From Klebsormidium nitens (taxonomy: Eukaryota > Plantae > Klebsormidiophyceae): DNA of 64,000 bases. Below, one piece after another: positions 51,338 to 62,900 of the stretch. Where the stretch lies: assembly GCA_000708835.1 (NCBI GenBank), contig DF236980.1, forward strand, positions 225,999-289,998. The letters are read 5' to 3'. Position numbers and translations under genes: made by a program. The notes beneath the pieces were generated by a model. The model did not search any database. It saw only the letters and a list, made by a program, of their open reading frames with translations, and was not told where the DNA came from. The stretch's first letter is position 1; each line of letters opens with the position of its first letter.

Positions 51338-53256
51338 TCAAATTTCACCAGGACCTTGAAAAACCTGGGAATGTTGAAGTCCTCGACCTCCCAGCTCCCA
51401 AAGTATCTCCTTGTTTATCCTTATGAACTTCCTAAAAACTGTAAGATCAAGCTCCGTCAAAGGGAAGGGATCTCCAATCACATCCAATGGCTCTTCGAGC
51501 TTGACACGAAACCAGTTTCCCATCGCTTTCCAATGTTCAAACTTATGCACTTTCAGATGTGGATACTTTTCCTGAGAAAGCTCTCCTGTTGTCAGCCAGA
51601 TGGACATTGGCAGTCCCGTCTCGCTTGGACTCAACCACGTCATGCTGAAGGCTTCATCTTAGCTCACAAGATCGCCGAGATAGTAACGGTACATGTCCTG
51701 GCAACAAGGAAACTAGTCTTTGAGTCACCTTAGGAAGAAGAATTTAGTCAGGAGGTTCACTTCAGGATACGTGATACGCGCGGATCGACAATGTCACGGT
51801 AATCCGAGCATCCGAGAATCTCTCATTCTGGGTGGAGGGCTACTCAATCTGGTAACTTATGACACACTTATTTTGAGATGCCTATAACTGTTTCCAGCGG
51901 TCCTCCATCTCCGAGTGTCAGAGAAGAAGCTTTCTGTCGGACCTTGTGAAACTTTCAGCCAAGGATTCAGGAAACTTCATCTTTGCCGTCTGGGATTGTG
52001 AGCTGGAGCTTGGTTGCAGTTTCAGACGTGCTGCTGGACCTGTGAGATTCTATCATTGTCATCCAGATTGACCCAGAATGCCAATGCTCATCTTCTTCAG
52101 CCACGCCCTTCTTAAGACTCCTTCTTCGCTCATGATTACAGAGGATTACAGAGGATCTTGTTAAGTCCCTCACAAGATCGAAATCCCGTTTTTATCCAGA
52201 TCAGATCGTAGTATCCAGACGTTGTTTTGTCGATCGCTCTAAGGCGCTCGCACACAGATGAAACAAAGAGAGGAACCATCTGCAAGCGAGATTCAGAATC
52301 ACTGGACGTTGCGGTGAGAGCGCGGATTGGTTACTTCGTCGTCTGATTTATTCGAAGAAAGGTCGAAGCAGCTCATTTCCCGATCATCTTCTAAACACGC
52401 TGTAATCAACAATTGTGTTCACCTTGCAGGAGCATGTTCCGGTTAGCACGCTACTCCAAGCAGCAACCCCGATTGTCCCCACACTAGCTGTTGGGACTAT
52501 AATGCCTTGCTTATCTCCTTGGATGGTCGGCAGGCTGAGGCCAGACTCCATGAGAGCAGAGGCTCCTCTTCGAAGGGTCTCGCACCCAAAGACGCCCCTG
52601 CTCCTACAGACACGTAAAATGGATTTCCTGAAAGGGTGTACTTGTGTAAGTTTCTCTTCTTTCGTTCGTTGATGGATGGGTGATGGATGCTTGCAGTTTA
52701 TACGGATCAATGTCAACGTCTGATCGACGGAAGGCGGCTAAGAATGAATGGTGCATGGTCTCAACTTTCGCCAGCAGCTTTCTTCGAACTATTTTTAGCG
52801 GCTTGCAGCATACAGGCTCCTAGTTATGGGAAGAGATGTCACTTGGTGCATGGTCTCAACTTTCGCCAGCAGCTTTCTTCGAACTATTTTTAGCGGGTTG
52901 CAGCATGCGGGCTCCTAGTTATGGGAAGAAATGTCACTTGGTGGTATTTTTGGAGAAAAAGGTAGCAATCTTGTCAGCGACCTTGTCACCTGCCCTGATG
53001 CAAAGGCTGAATCGCAGCGGCGATGGCAAGGATCCTCTCAGATTCAAGTTGGATTCAGACGTTTGGAATCGACTCCAATCCCAGCTTTCAGCTGACTGCG
53101 AGCTCCTATTCCAGTGATTCCGGAACCCGATTTCAAATCAAACCAGCTTAACAATCAAAAGCACTCAGAAAGCATTCTCCGTGGCGGGGGATTAAGTACA
53201 CACGTAAGCGCTTACCTGGGAAACATCCCTGCAGTCTGCGCCCCCGCCAGCTGCAT
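51338..53256 (-). pseudogene. Disrupted tandem paralogue of the 54180-55798 gene; exons 53256-53216, 52603-52423, 51697-~51338
   Basis: Same exon structure, with an identical 181-nt middle exon length and the same phases. An in-frame TAA at ~51659-51661 replaces Asp (VS*DEAFSM vs VTDDEAFSM). A 2-nt deletion at ~51395 (TGGGAGCTGGGAG vs TGGGAGTTCTGGGAG) shifts the frame. A MITE sits at the start codon. Confidence 0.8.
52750..52940. repeat. Two near-identical 95-bp direct repeats in intron 1 of the pseudogene
   Basis: ggtgcatggtctcaactttcgccagcagctttcttcgaactatttttagcgg... starts at 52750 and again at 52845. Confidence 0.95.
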
Positions 53257-53258
53257 GG

Positions 53259-53466
53259 ACTCCGATAACTCTCGTGTGACCTAAGAGCCGTGTGACCTAA
53301 GATAGGCACCCGGGAGACGGGTGGGGTTGGGCGCCTTGGTATGGTGGTTAGGGTGGGTTGGGGTGCGGAGCGGTTGATTAATTGGGTTAGGTTTTTAGTT
53401 TGAGGTGCCCGGGTTACTCGTATCTTGGGTCACACGCCCGTTAGGTCACACGAGAGTTACCGGTAT
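53259..53466. mobile_element. 208-bp non-autonomous DNA transposon (MITE) with a 9-bp TSD, Mutator-like
   Basis: TSD gctgcatgg at 53250-53258 and 53467-53475. TIRs at 53262-53284 and 53441-53463 match at 22/23 nt, and the match extends imperfectly to ~43 nt. The paralogous site near 55794-55809 (ctgcatggcgccaatgc) is empty. Confidence 0.88.
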
Positions 53467-54179
53467 GCTGCATGGCGCCAATGCGGAGCCTTTTATTTTG
53501 TCGGAAATTTATAGGTAGACTTTGATATCCGACGATGGCCTCGCGGCCGCTACCGCGACCCGGGGGTTTTGAGGCTTAGCAGGCGCGGCCGTGCCGCGCG
53601 TCAGGTGTGATACCGCGGCCGCGCGTAGAGAAAAAGCGGGGGGGAAATCTTGAAACGCATTGTATTAAAGATGACTTTGCAATAGCAAGAGTTCAGACGG
53701 ACAATGAACGTTGATTCAATGTTTGTTTCAGCAAGCTCCGTGCAGGTATATACGTTCCAAGCAAGGATGCCACTCTGGCGAGGACCACCAATTTCGTTGC
53801 TAGCCATGTTTTCCCCACGTCGTTCGCAGAACAGCAAAAGCAACGCGGTTCTGACAAGCGAAGGCCATTCAATGCCTTACAGTGAAGTGCATACTTAATT
53901 TAATACGGCAAGAATCATAACATTCTTTGCGGCGATTCACAGGTGCGCCTGATAAAATGCTGTTCGGCGCATCTGGTTTTTGCCTGTGACCTACTTTTAT
54001 AGAGAAGGCCGCCTCAGGGCGGGTTTCAAGTCTCTAACGGCGTTCGATGTAGCTCTCCAGTGTATGGTGATACCGGTAAGCTATTTGTAAACAGACTTCC
54101 TTGTAAGTATAGTCGTGCAAGCGAGCCATTCTGCTCGGATCCTGGAGGCGTCTTTCACGCAAGAAAAGTACGGACCCCT

Positions 54180-55798
54180 TCAAATTCCCACTAGCTTATC
54201 GAGAAGTTTGGAAACGCAAAACTCCACCTCCCAGAACTCCCAGAGTAACTCTTTGTTCAGTCTCATGAACTTTCTCACAACTGCGATATCGTCCTCCGTC
54301 AAAGGGTGCGGATCTCCGATCACTTCCATGGGCTCTTCGAGCTTGACACGGAACCAACTTCCCATCTGCGCTCTCCAATCGTAGTTACTTTGCACTTTTA
54401 GATGCGCGTACTTTTCCTGACAGTATTTGCTTGTTGTCAGCCAGATCGTCATCGGCAGTCCCGTACCGTCTCTGGGACTTAGCGACGTCATGCTGAAGGC
54501 CTCATCGTCGGTCACGAAGTCAGAAAGAAGGTAACGATACTGGCAACAAGAAAAATACTGCTTTAGTCACCGCAACAAGAAGTTGAATCTCTAGGAAACT
54601 CGAGGAAGGGCAGATCCGAATTCCTTACTTACATATCTAAGTATCCACGTCTTCTTCTCCCAAGTAAAGCTGTCACTCAGCAAAACCGTTGGGTTTTCAT
54701 CCGAGTGTTCGAAAGATTTTCAGATTTGAACCGTGCTTGTCGGCAGCACTCCCTTCTGCATCTTTCCAGTGTTCTAGAATGAACTTCTTCTTCCAGCTCA
54801 TTATTTCAATACCCGCCCGTACATTTCTTCCCTCGAATACACCACCATTCAGCAAATCTGTCCCTGACAAACAGAGCAAGCCATTTACATAACCCAGATT
54901 AGACCATCACATCCAGGAATGATCTATCAGTCTAGTGCTGCCACACTGCAAATCTTTCCCACAGGAAGCTGAACCGAACTTTGGGTCCAGATTCACTCTA
55001 TCTTGGGGTCAAAACGCTTGGATTTTTATCGTTCTGAAGTTATCCAAGAGGGTCCAGGAGCAGCTCAATTCCTCAACAACTCGACCTCAATGCATCCAAT
55101 CGTCTCATCTTCACCTTGCAGGAGCATGTTCCGGTCAGCACGCTACTCCAGGCAGCAGGCTCTGTTGTTATTCCACTACCTACTGGGCCTACAACGCGCT
55201 GCTTGCCCCCTTGGATGGTTGGAAGCCTAGCGCCGGACTCCAAAAGAGCGGAGGCGCCTCTGTGAAGCGGCTCGCACCCTAAGATGCCCCTGCTCCTGCA
55301 ATTGTTGCCCAAAAAGGACCCTAATAAAGTGCACTTGTTTTACTTCCTGCTCATGTCGTGTATTGAATTCACTGTCTAGCGAAAGTTGCATGTACTGAAG
55401 TATCTGAGAATCAGATTGTGCATCCCACCCGATTTTGCCGGCAGCTCTTGTGAACTAGCTCTTGACAATCAGCCCCACCAGGCAGGGTCCAAAGAGAGTG
55501 TGGTTAGTCATCATGTTGGTGAGTTCCTCTGAACTCTCAAAAGATACCTTCTCAGAAGTCACTCCTGAGCCGTATGCTGGTTGCAGCCGCAACGGCAAGA
55601 TGCGGCCTCCAAATCCGCCCTTAACTTCTACACTTCCAGACCTCAACTGCAAGCTCGTATCTCAATCTCAAAGCAAACCAAGGTGAGCGCATGAAGAAAG
55701 CTTTGAGGGACGCTTTCACTGTCAGGGCCGCGAGCTATCGACGAGACTCACCTCAAGAAGTTTCCCTGTAGAGTCCGCAAGACTGCCACCGACTGCAT
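54180..55798 (-). CDS. 195-aa protein: presequence-like N-terminus plus a small prokaryote-like domain (tentatively DUF4160-like); exons 55798-55752, 55295-55115, 54539-54180
   Basis: Exons join in phase (47+181+360 nt), and splice sites and frame are conserved in the tandem copy. The domain reads MTSLSPRDGTGLPMTIWL..QEKYAHLKV...FRVKLEEPMEVIG..LTEDDIAVVRKFMRLNKELLWEFWE. Confidence 0.7.
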
Positions 55799-56932
55799 GG
55801 CGCCAATGCAGCGCTTCTTGGATTGAACTTTCTGACCAACAGCATGATACCATACTATAATTTATAAATGACTCAGTTACGTCACGGTTTGATCGACGGT
55901 GGCTTCGCGGCCGCCCTCCGCGCGTACCGCAGCTGACCGGAGGGTTTCGAGGTTTACCAGGTTTAGGACGCATGCATAAGTTACTCCAATTGTGCGAGCG
56001 TCGGATTCGGCCGCGCGCTGCCGCTCGTGATAAATTACACATCTGCATGGCCGCTCATGCAGGTTTTATCTGTGTTCTAGGACCTATCTGTGTCGAGCTC
56101 GAGCTGACGTACTGCTTAAACTCGCTCATCTCCTTGAGATCTGCCGCCTCGGACGTTGATACAAGGAACACACAGAGGCGGCCTGGGTCGATATGGCATG
56201 GCGGCATCGCGCGAAGTGAAAAACGGAAGTATGCCGCTGTTTTGCTGCATGTACTCATGGCCGGGCCCGGCTGTAGCTGCTCAGCATGTTTAAAACACAA
56301 ACATGTGTGACACGCGGTCAACAGCTCGAGCACATGCCGGGACGCGGCGTTCAAACAGTATACGTCCTTAACTAAAGATTCATACTTGCAACACTAATCG
56401 TAGAGACGTACCTAGATCACAATGATGCCATGCAGAACATGTCCAAGATTGACATCCGTATTAGCACGTACATGGCAGGCTGGCCGCGGGATTGGATAAA
56501 TAATGTAACTGAATGTACCTTTCTACTGAATCCTATCTCCCTTGATTGACAAATGTCACTTCATTGAAAAGCGGCAAAAGCGTACTCACAAAATGTTCAA
56601 TGAGATCGTTGATGCTTTCTTTGCATGGCACTCTGGAGTGAATGCATGAGGCGGGCCAGGAATACAGGCCGCCGCACGAGTATCCAAACGTGCATCCATT
56701 TCAGCCATGGGCGAGAATATTGAACGATACCTGTCTACTGTGTTACAACAAATGCGGACTGTGATCTGTACTGACCAGCGTTTGGAAGAGGCCGGGCAGC
56801 TAGCTACAAAGATTAGACGTATGCACTGCGGCAGTCGGGCACCTAATCGGCCCTCATCTGGTCGAGCAGTCTAGGAGAGCGCTCGCGACAAGCCCCTCGT
56901 TTCAATCATAGTCGGAATCCTCTACACGCACT

Positions 56933-59900
56933 TTAACTTGCAGGCTTCTCCTGGAACTTCGCACATATCCGTTGGACGTACTTGCTGATCACGGGATCCC
57001 CCAGCCTCTGCAGCTTCTGCAGCACTTTGAACAAGTCCAACTCTAGTAACACCTCCCGGCAGCTCGTGTGGCTGCACATGTTCCCTATGCTAAACAACGC
57101 GATGCGCAGCGGCGACTGCCCCGACTCGGCCCCTGGTGACGTCACCCGGCCCGTCCCGTCCGCTTCCGGCCCCCGCCCCGCTGCAGAGACCACCGACTCG
57201 AAGAGGGCGCGCACGGCGCCTTGCTCGATAAGATCCCGGCAAAGGACGGACGAGTTCCGGACAAGATTTCCGAGTGCGCCCGCAGCGTTGGCACGTGTCT
57301 TTTCTTCCGGGTCGCTCAAGAGTGCGGTCAGGTGCGGGATCGCGGGCCAGAGGGCGCGGTAGAGGGAGTCATTGTGGAAGCCGGCGTTTCCGACCTGGAG
57401 GCGAGACGGAAGTGCGAGTTGACGTCAGCAGGTTGGACAAGCACGTGCAGGGCGAAATTTCCACCAAACAAGAGGCCTGCAATCAACGCCCCTTGCCAGC
57501 GAACCCTTACGGGATGTTGATTGACAGGGGAAGCTTGAGGGCGTCTGAGCAAACACCTTGAGTCCTCCTTGCTTCCTTTCAGGACCAGATCAGTTTTGTC
57601 GCTACTCACGCAAGTTCGTTTTGTCGATCCCGCCGACATCTGACACCAGAGTGCCCCCATAATCTAAATTTCGCCCATGCTAAATTGGACTTCCCCGAGA
57701 GGCTCACCGCGAAGCAGGCGAACTTGCGGGTAGCTCTGTCGGGGTCGCTGCAGCGCTCGATGAGGATGGGAAGGATGCCTTGTTCCACCAGGGCTGGGTA
57801 GAAATATGCGGAGTGCCGGCACATGTTGCCCAGTAGGTTACACGCACGCGAGCGCACGTTGCCCTCCGGGTGGTTTAGGTACCTGCAAGCAAAGCGGAGC
57901 GGGGTTTAGCAGGTCTAGAGAGGTGCAGCGAGGAGCGACGAAGGGAAGTCAGGGTTTGGAAAGTCGAGACAAAGATGGCATGGGTGAGCCGTGGTTGGCC
58001 GACGAGGTAAATAGGCTACGCCAGTCGATAAACCCATGACATGGGGAAACGGGTGAATCAGGTACCTGCGCGAAGAGGAACCGCGATTAGCAGATTTTAA
58101 GAAAATCCTCCGAAACTTGAATGGCATGTAAGGTAGAAAAGGCTAAGCCAGTCGAGAAGACCCATGGCATAGGTAAACGGGTGAATCAGGTAACTGCATA
58201 AAAAGGAGCAGTGATTTAGCAGATCTGAAGATCACCGTCCGAAACTCTGACCGGGCATACAAGGTAGAACTGGTTAAGCCAGTCGATGAGATCCATGGGA
58301 TTATGAACCGGGTGATACGGAGACCTGCACACCAGATAAGCGCACCTCAAAAAGCCCTTGAGAGCCTCACCTCCGCAGCGCGTCGTACATGTTCGCTTTC
58401 GCAATCGGCTCGTAGTAGTCCTTGCTGAGCCTTGCCAGTTGGCTAATCGCTAGGAGGAAATCCACCACCACGCTGGTCGTGTTTGCGGGGCGGGTTAGTA
58501 GCGCAGCCACCGGTGGGGCAAGACCCCCAGCTTCGATGTACTGCCGCGCCAACCCCTGGGACGACAGAATCTGCAAAAAATGGTGGATGTTGTTTACATG
58601 ATTCAGAGCCTGGGGTTTGGGTGTGTGACGGAATTTAAGGTTTTTGGGCTTCAGGAACCTTCAGGATCACAGATTGCACTGAGGCCCTCGATTGAGTTGG
58701 ACTACGGTTGATCTTCAGGCGAATACAAAGGTCTGCACGGAGTCGGCAGAGGCGTTTTGAAAAGGGCCAAAGAGCGGGACTGCAGGTAGCTATTCGCATG
58801 CCTTTTTGAGGGGCTAGGCGTCTGGCGAAAGCAGTTTCGCATAGCCAAGGAGCTACTTGGAGGCAGAAAAGAAACAGACCACTCGACCGACAAACTTGGG
58901 GCGTGCTTGAGAAGGAACAGGAGATCCGTTGCGTACGGGATTACTTTGAGCGTTTTGACATTTACGGTGGGCCCTGTCCAACTGCAAGCTCACAGTGCCT
59001 GTAATATAACTGACTAAAATTTCTGATGCAGTTATGAAGTAGTTATATAACTTTGATTATCACATGTCGGTTAAAACGTGACTAACTTTCGTTATCACGT
59101 TGCATATATCCCCGATGAACTTTGACAACTGTGATGACCGAGTGCATTCGCGAACGCATTCCACCCGTCAATACAGCATTCACGCACGTTCCGAAGCATA
59201 CTGTGCCGGTCAGCCTTCTCCTGGTTCATCGACTGTCTTTCCGAGGCGAACTCAATCAGAAGGGGCAAGATCTTTGGCGCCGGAGTCCGTGGATCTTTCT
59301 GCTCAGAGAAACCAGCCCTCTAAAACACAAAATCCGTTGATACGAAGTCTCAAGTTTCGGGTCCAAGCACAGACCAACAAAAAGCAATCGCAGCCCCGAT
59401 GTGTTGTGACGAAAAAGCGCACTCTGCGAACGAACTGAGACAGGAATCAAGTTGAGAAGATGGACGAAACGCGAAGAAGCTCACCAGCCTAGATAGCAGA
59501 TTGACCGGCGGCCCCAGCTCGTCCCCATCCACCCGCTCGAGGCACGCTGTGATTGCATACACCACTTTCCCGTCGCCCAGGGCCTGCAAGTACGCGGGGA
59601 GCGCTGCGAGGTCGGACGAGCTGGCACTGGTGCCTGCGTGGGGTGAGAGAGAGTTTCTGGGTCTAGCACAGCGTACTTTGACGACTTAGCCTAACATGTA
59701 ATGTACCGGATGACGTAACGCACCGAATATCGCAATGGAACAAGAATGTAATGTAGGGTACAATGTAATGTACCGTAAAAGGTGACCACCGGAGACCGGA
59801 GACCGGATACCGGATACCGTACCGTTGTTTGATTCCGGCGGATCCGATGCCGAGTGATTGTTTATGAAACTCTCCTCCTTTTCGGCAGACCTGGGGTTAC

Positions 59901-62900
59901 CCGCTGTAATATTCACAATCGAGCCGAGACCCGGCTTGAAAGCCTTTGAAAACCAACCGTCTAAAAGGTAGCAAGAACCATGGATCTTCGTCACAGCCTT
60001 TCGTTCTACACTCTCCAACGCACCTATCGCGCAAAACGGCAGCGAAAAGCCACACTCACTCGCGGACGGCGACGCTGCCTGGAGGGGATAGGTTATGATC
60101 GCCGTCACGGCCACGATGAGCTCTTTGACGCCCTCGCGCCCGCCGCCGTCCCGCGACGGCCACTGCAGCACGTGGCTCACGTGGGGCCACGTGTTCAGCA
60201 GGTCGAGCAGCCCCGCGAGGCAGTCCCGCGACAGGAGCGCGGCGGCGGAGGCGCCGGAGGGGAGGCAGCTGTGGAGCGCGGCCAGGGTGCGGAGGACGCC
60301 GTTGGGGGAGAGCTCCAGGGGGTCGAAAGGGACAGGGGAACTGCGGGGAGCAAAAACATCTTATGTTCCATTCCACTGCCCTTTTTGCAGGTTAAAACAT
60401 TGAAACATTTCTTAGAATGGGAGCAAGAAGCAGGGGGTTTGGTAAGCTGGGCAAGATTGGATGATGTCAAGCCAATCGTATGGGTCCGATTCAGACCTCC
60501 TTGCCGCCTCAGACCGGATTTCGCGCTTATTTGGGACTGAGCAGGGCGCCATCTCTATTCGTTTTGTTCTCTGAGCACCTCGGGCCCCCCTCCCCTAATG
60601 ACAAGCTTATCCGTGGAATGACTTCTGCTCATATTGTAAGGACTTCGGATTTGGCAATCTTCCGAGCTTCAATCCGCAGTTTCTTTTCGGCAATCTTCTG
60701 GCACTCTTCTCATCCCTTCACCAACGTACGGACAATTGCACCGCTTGGTACTGACTGCCCGTTTGCGACCACCATCACCGAGGCCAACCAACAAAACCAG
60801 ACGCGCAAGCGTATTGCAAATGACCTTTATTACTGGTCCATCCACCCACATTCTCTACCGTCCCGCAACTATCTGCCGCTCCATTACTTGCAACCAGCAG
60901 CTACCGATGCACCATTGTGTGCTTCAGCCTACTTTGGCTCTGCTGTAGCCTGGACAACATGAACATTTGACTTTTGCTGACCGGAACGCCCCCTTCACAA
61001 GCGTTGTCAATGTGCCGAGGCCGGCAACAACTCTTCGATAAGGCGTTTCCATGTATGACACTCAGCCTCTGTCAATTGCGCCAGGTTCTCACCGTTACGC
61101 AGCTGCAAGGTTTACTATGTCACAAGGCGTGCTCAGGTTCGCTCGACTTCCAAGTCGATGTCCACATGCGTCCCCAACAAACTCAACAAAAACAAGGAGG
61201 AATGGGCGCACGTGAACGGCAGAATCTGCGGCCAACACTCTCACCTGCCCGGTGCTATCCCCCGGTCGCTGCTCGCCGTCAGCAACTGCACCAGCATCGC
61301 CGGCAGCTCCGCCGCGACCGCTTTTTCCGCCGCCGCACCCCCCCGCAGCTGCAGAATCGCCACCAGCGAACCCACTACGCCGTCTCTTAACCCGTCCCGA
61401 CCCTTCCCGACGGCCGCGACTCCGAGCCCCCACTCAAACTCCCCGTCCGAACCGGACGTCTGCCACGTGTCCGGATTCTGCGCCCCCCGGAGAGCGTCCG
61501 CAAAGGCAGCCATCGGCGGAAGCGCCTCAGCTGACGTGTCGATCCACGAGGCCCGGGCTTCTTGCCGCAGGTTGAGCTCGACTTCCATCAGCCAGTACAT
61601 CGCTAACCCGGCCGCTGACCGGACCTTGACGTGCCGCGTTCCGACGAGCGCTGACAGCTTCTTAACCCGTTTTTGCTGCTCGGTCTCGTCGGCGGTTAGC
61701 ATCCAGGCCCACCCTTGCTTCCCTGCGGAATCGAGCCCCTTGCCGCAGCTCGCGAGAACCAGCGCAGCTAACCCCGCGTTGGCTAACCCTTCCTCCGGTT
61801 TCGTTTCATACGGCTTATTTGTACTCTGGGCGTTGTTCTGGGGGGAGAGACGGGCAAAGAGAGCGGCTACGATTGTGTCGTCACCGCCGGCACTGCCGGT
61901 GACGGACCCCGTTGAGCGTCGGCGTTCTTGGCGGGGGGAGGCGGCCTGGGGGATCCCCGTGAGAACAGTGGCGAACGCGGGGGCTTCTGTGCAACAGTGG
62001 AGTAGGACCTGCAAGAGCGACAAGAATTAGAGGATTCTCAGGTGTCAAAGACTTTCAGCTATTGGAATTCTGGGCCAAATAAGCACTCTCACAGGAAATC
62101 GTGAGCTCATCCTTCTCCCGAGTCTTTCTTTCTGACCTACACAACTGAACAACAAACGACACAATCAAAAATTGTCAACGATGCCGCTCTCCACAGCAAT
62201 CTAAGAAACGCTCATCGGACAAAGCATCATTCTCCAGATTCAGACGAAGCTATCCATGTCCGGACTGATTGTTTGAGACCGCACCACTTTATACGGTTCA
62301 GAACCACCCTATGCGGTTTCATACTGATTCTCCACAATACACGTGCAGAAGCACTACAAAATCAAGAAGACTTCCACGGCCCACCTTCAACGCATGGCGC
62401 GTCGCAACGTTGCTCTCCAGCAGCCGCCGCAACGCGCGCACCGCCCCCTCTCGAGGGCTGATCTCGTTCACCAGATGGTTGATAAACACGTTCACGTGGC
62501 CCCCCGCTTCGATCGTCGTGGCCTCGCCCTGTTCCCGCGCCCACGGTTCGGCAAATCCCCGGGCGACGGTCAGGGGGAAAGTCCGGGTGCTCCAGCGCTG
62601 CCAGCTGGTGTCTCCGGCGGTGGCCTCGATGCCCGCGATGAGACCGAGGAGCGCGTCGGTGGCCGCGGCGGCTAGGTGGAGGTCCTCCCCTGCAGGAAGG
62701 AGCGTACTTTCGAGGTTCCGTTGACAGATCCGTTTTTCGAAAAATGAAGAAGCGTGGGACAAGGAAATGGGACGTCTTTGTCGTGGCTCCGACGGCGAGG
62801 TGCAGATTCTCCCCTGCAAGGGAGTGTGCTGGTTTAGGGCATCCGTCCCTAATCCAGACAGCGGTCAGGCGTGGTATTTAAGGGAGGGAAATCATCATCG

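Noticed and set aside
5120-53618. CCGCGG in several promoter regions (5120, 13575, 36508, 36676, 48376, 53613)
   Set aside because: A 6-mer is expected about once per 3 kb at this GC content and is also frequent in exons, so enrichment is not demonstrable by eye.
54697-54879. Intronic ORF ending IMSWKKKFILEHWKD, faintly like the domain's last helix
   Set aside because: Its phase is incompatible with the flanking exons and the similarity is too short to support.
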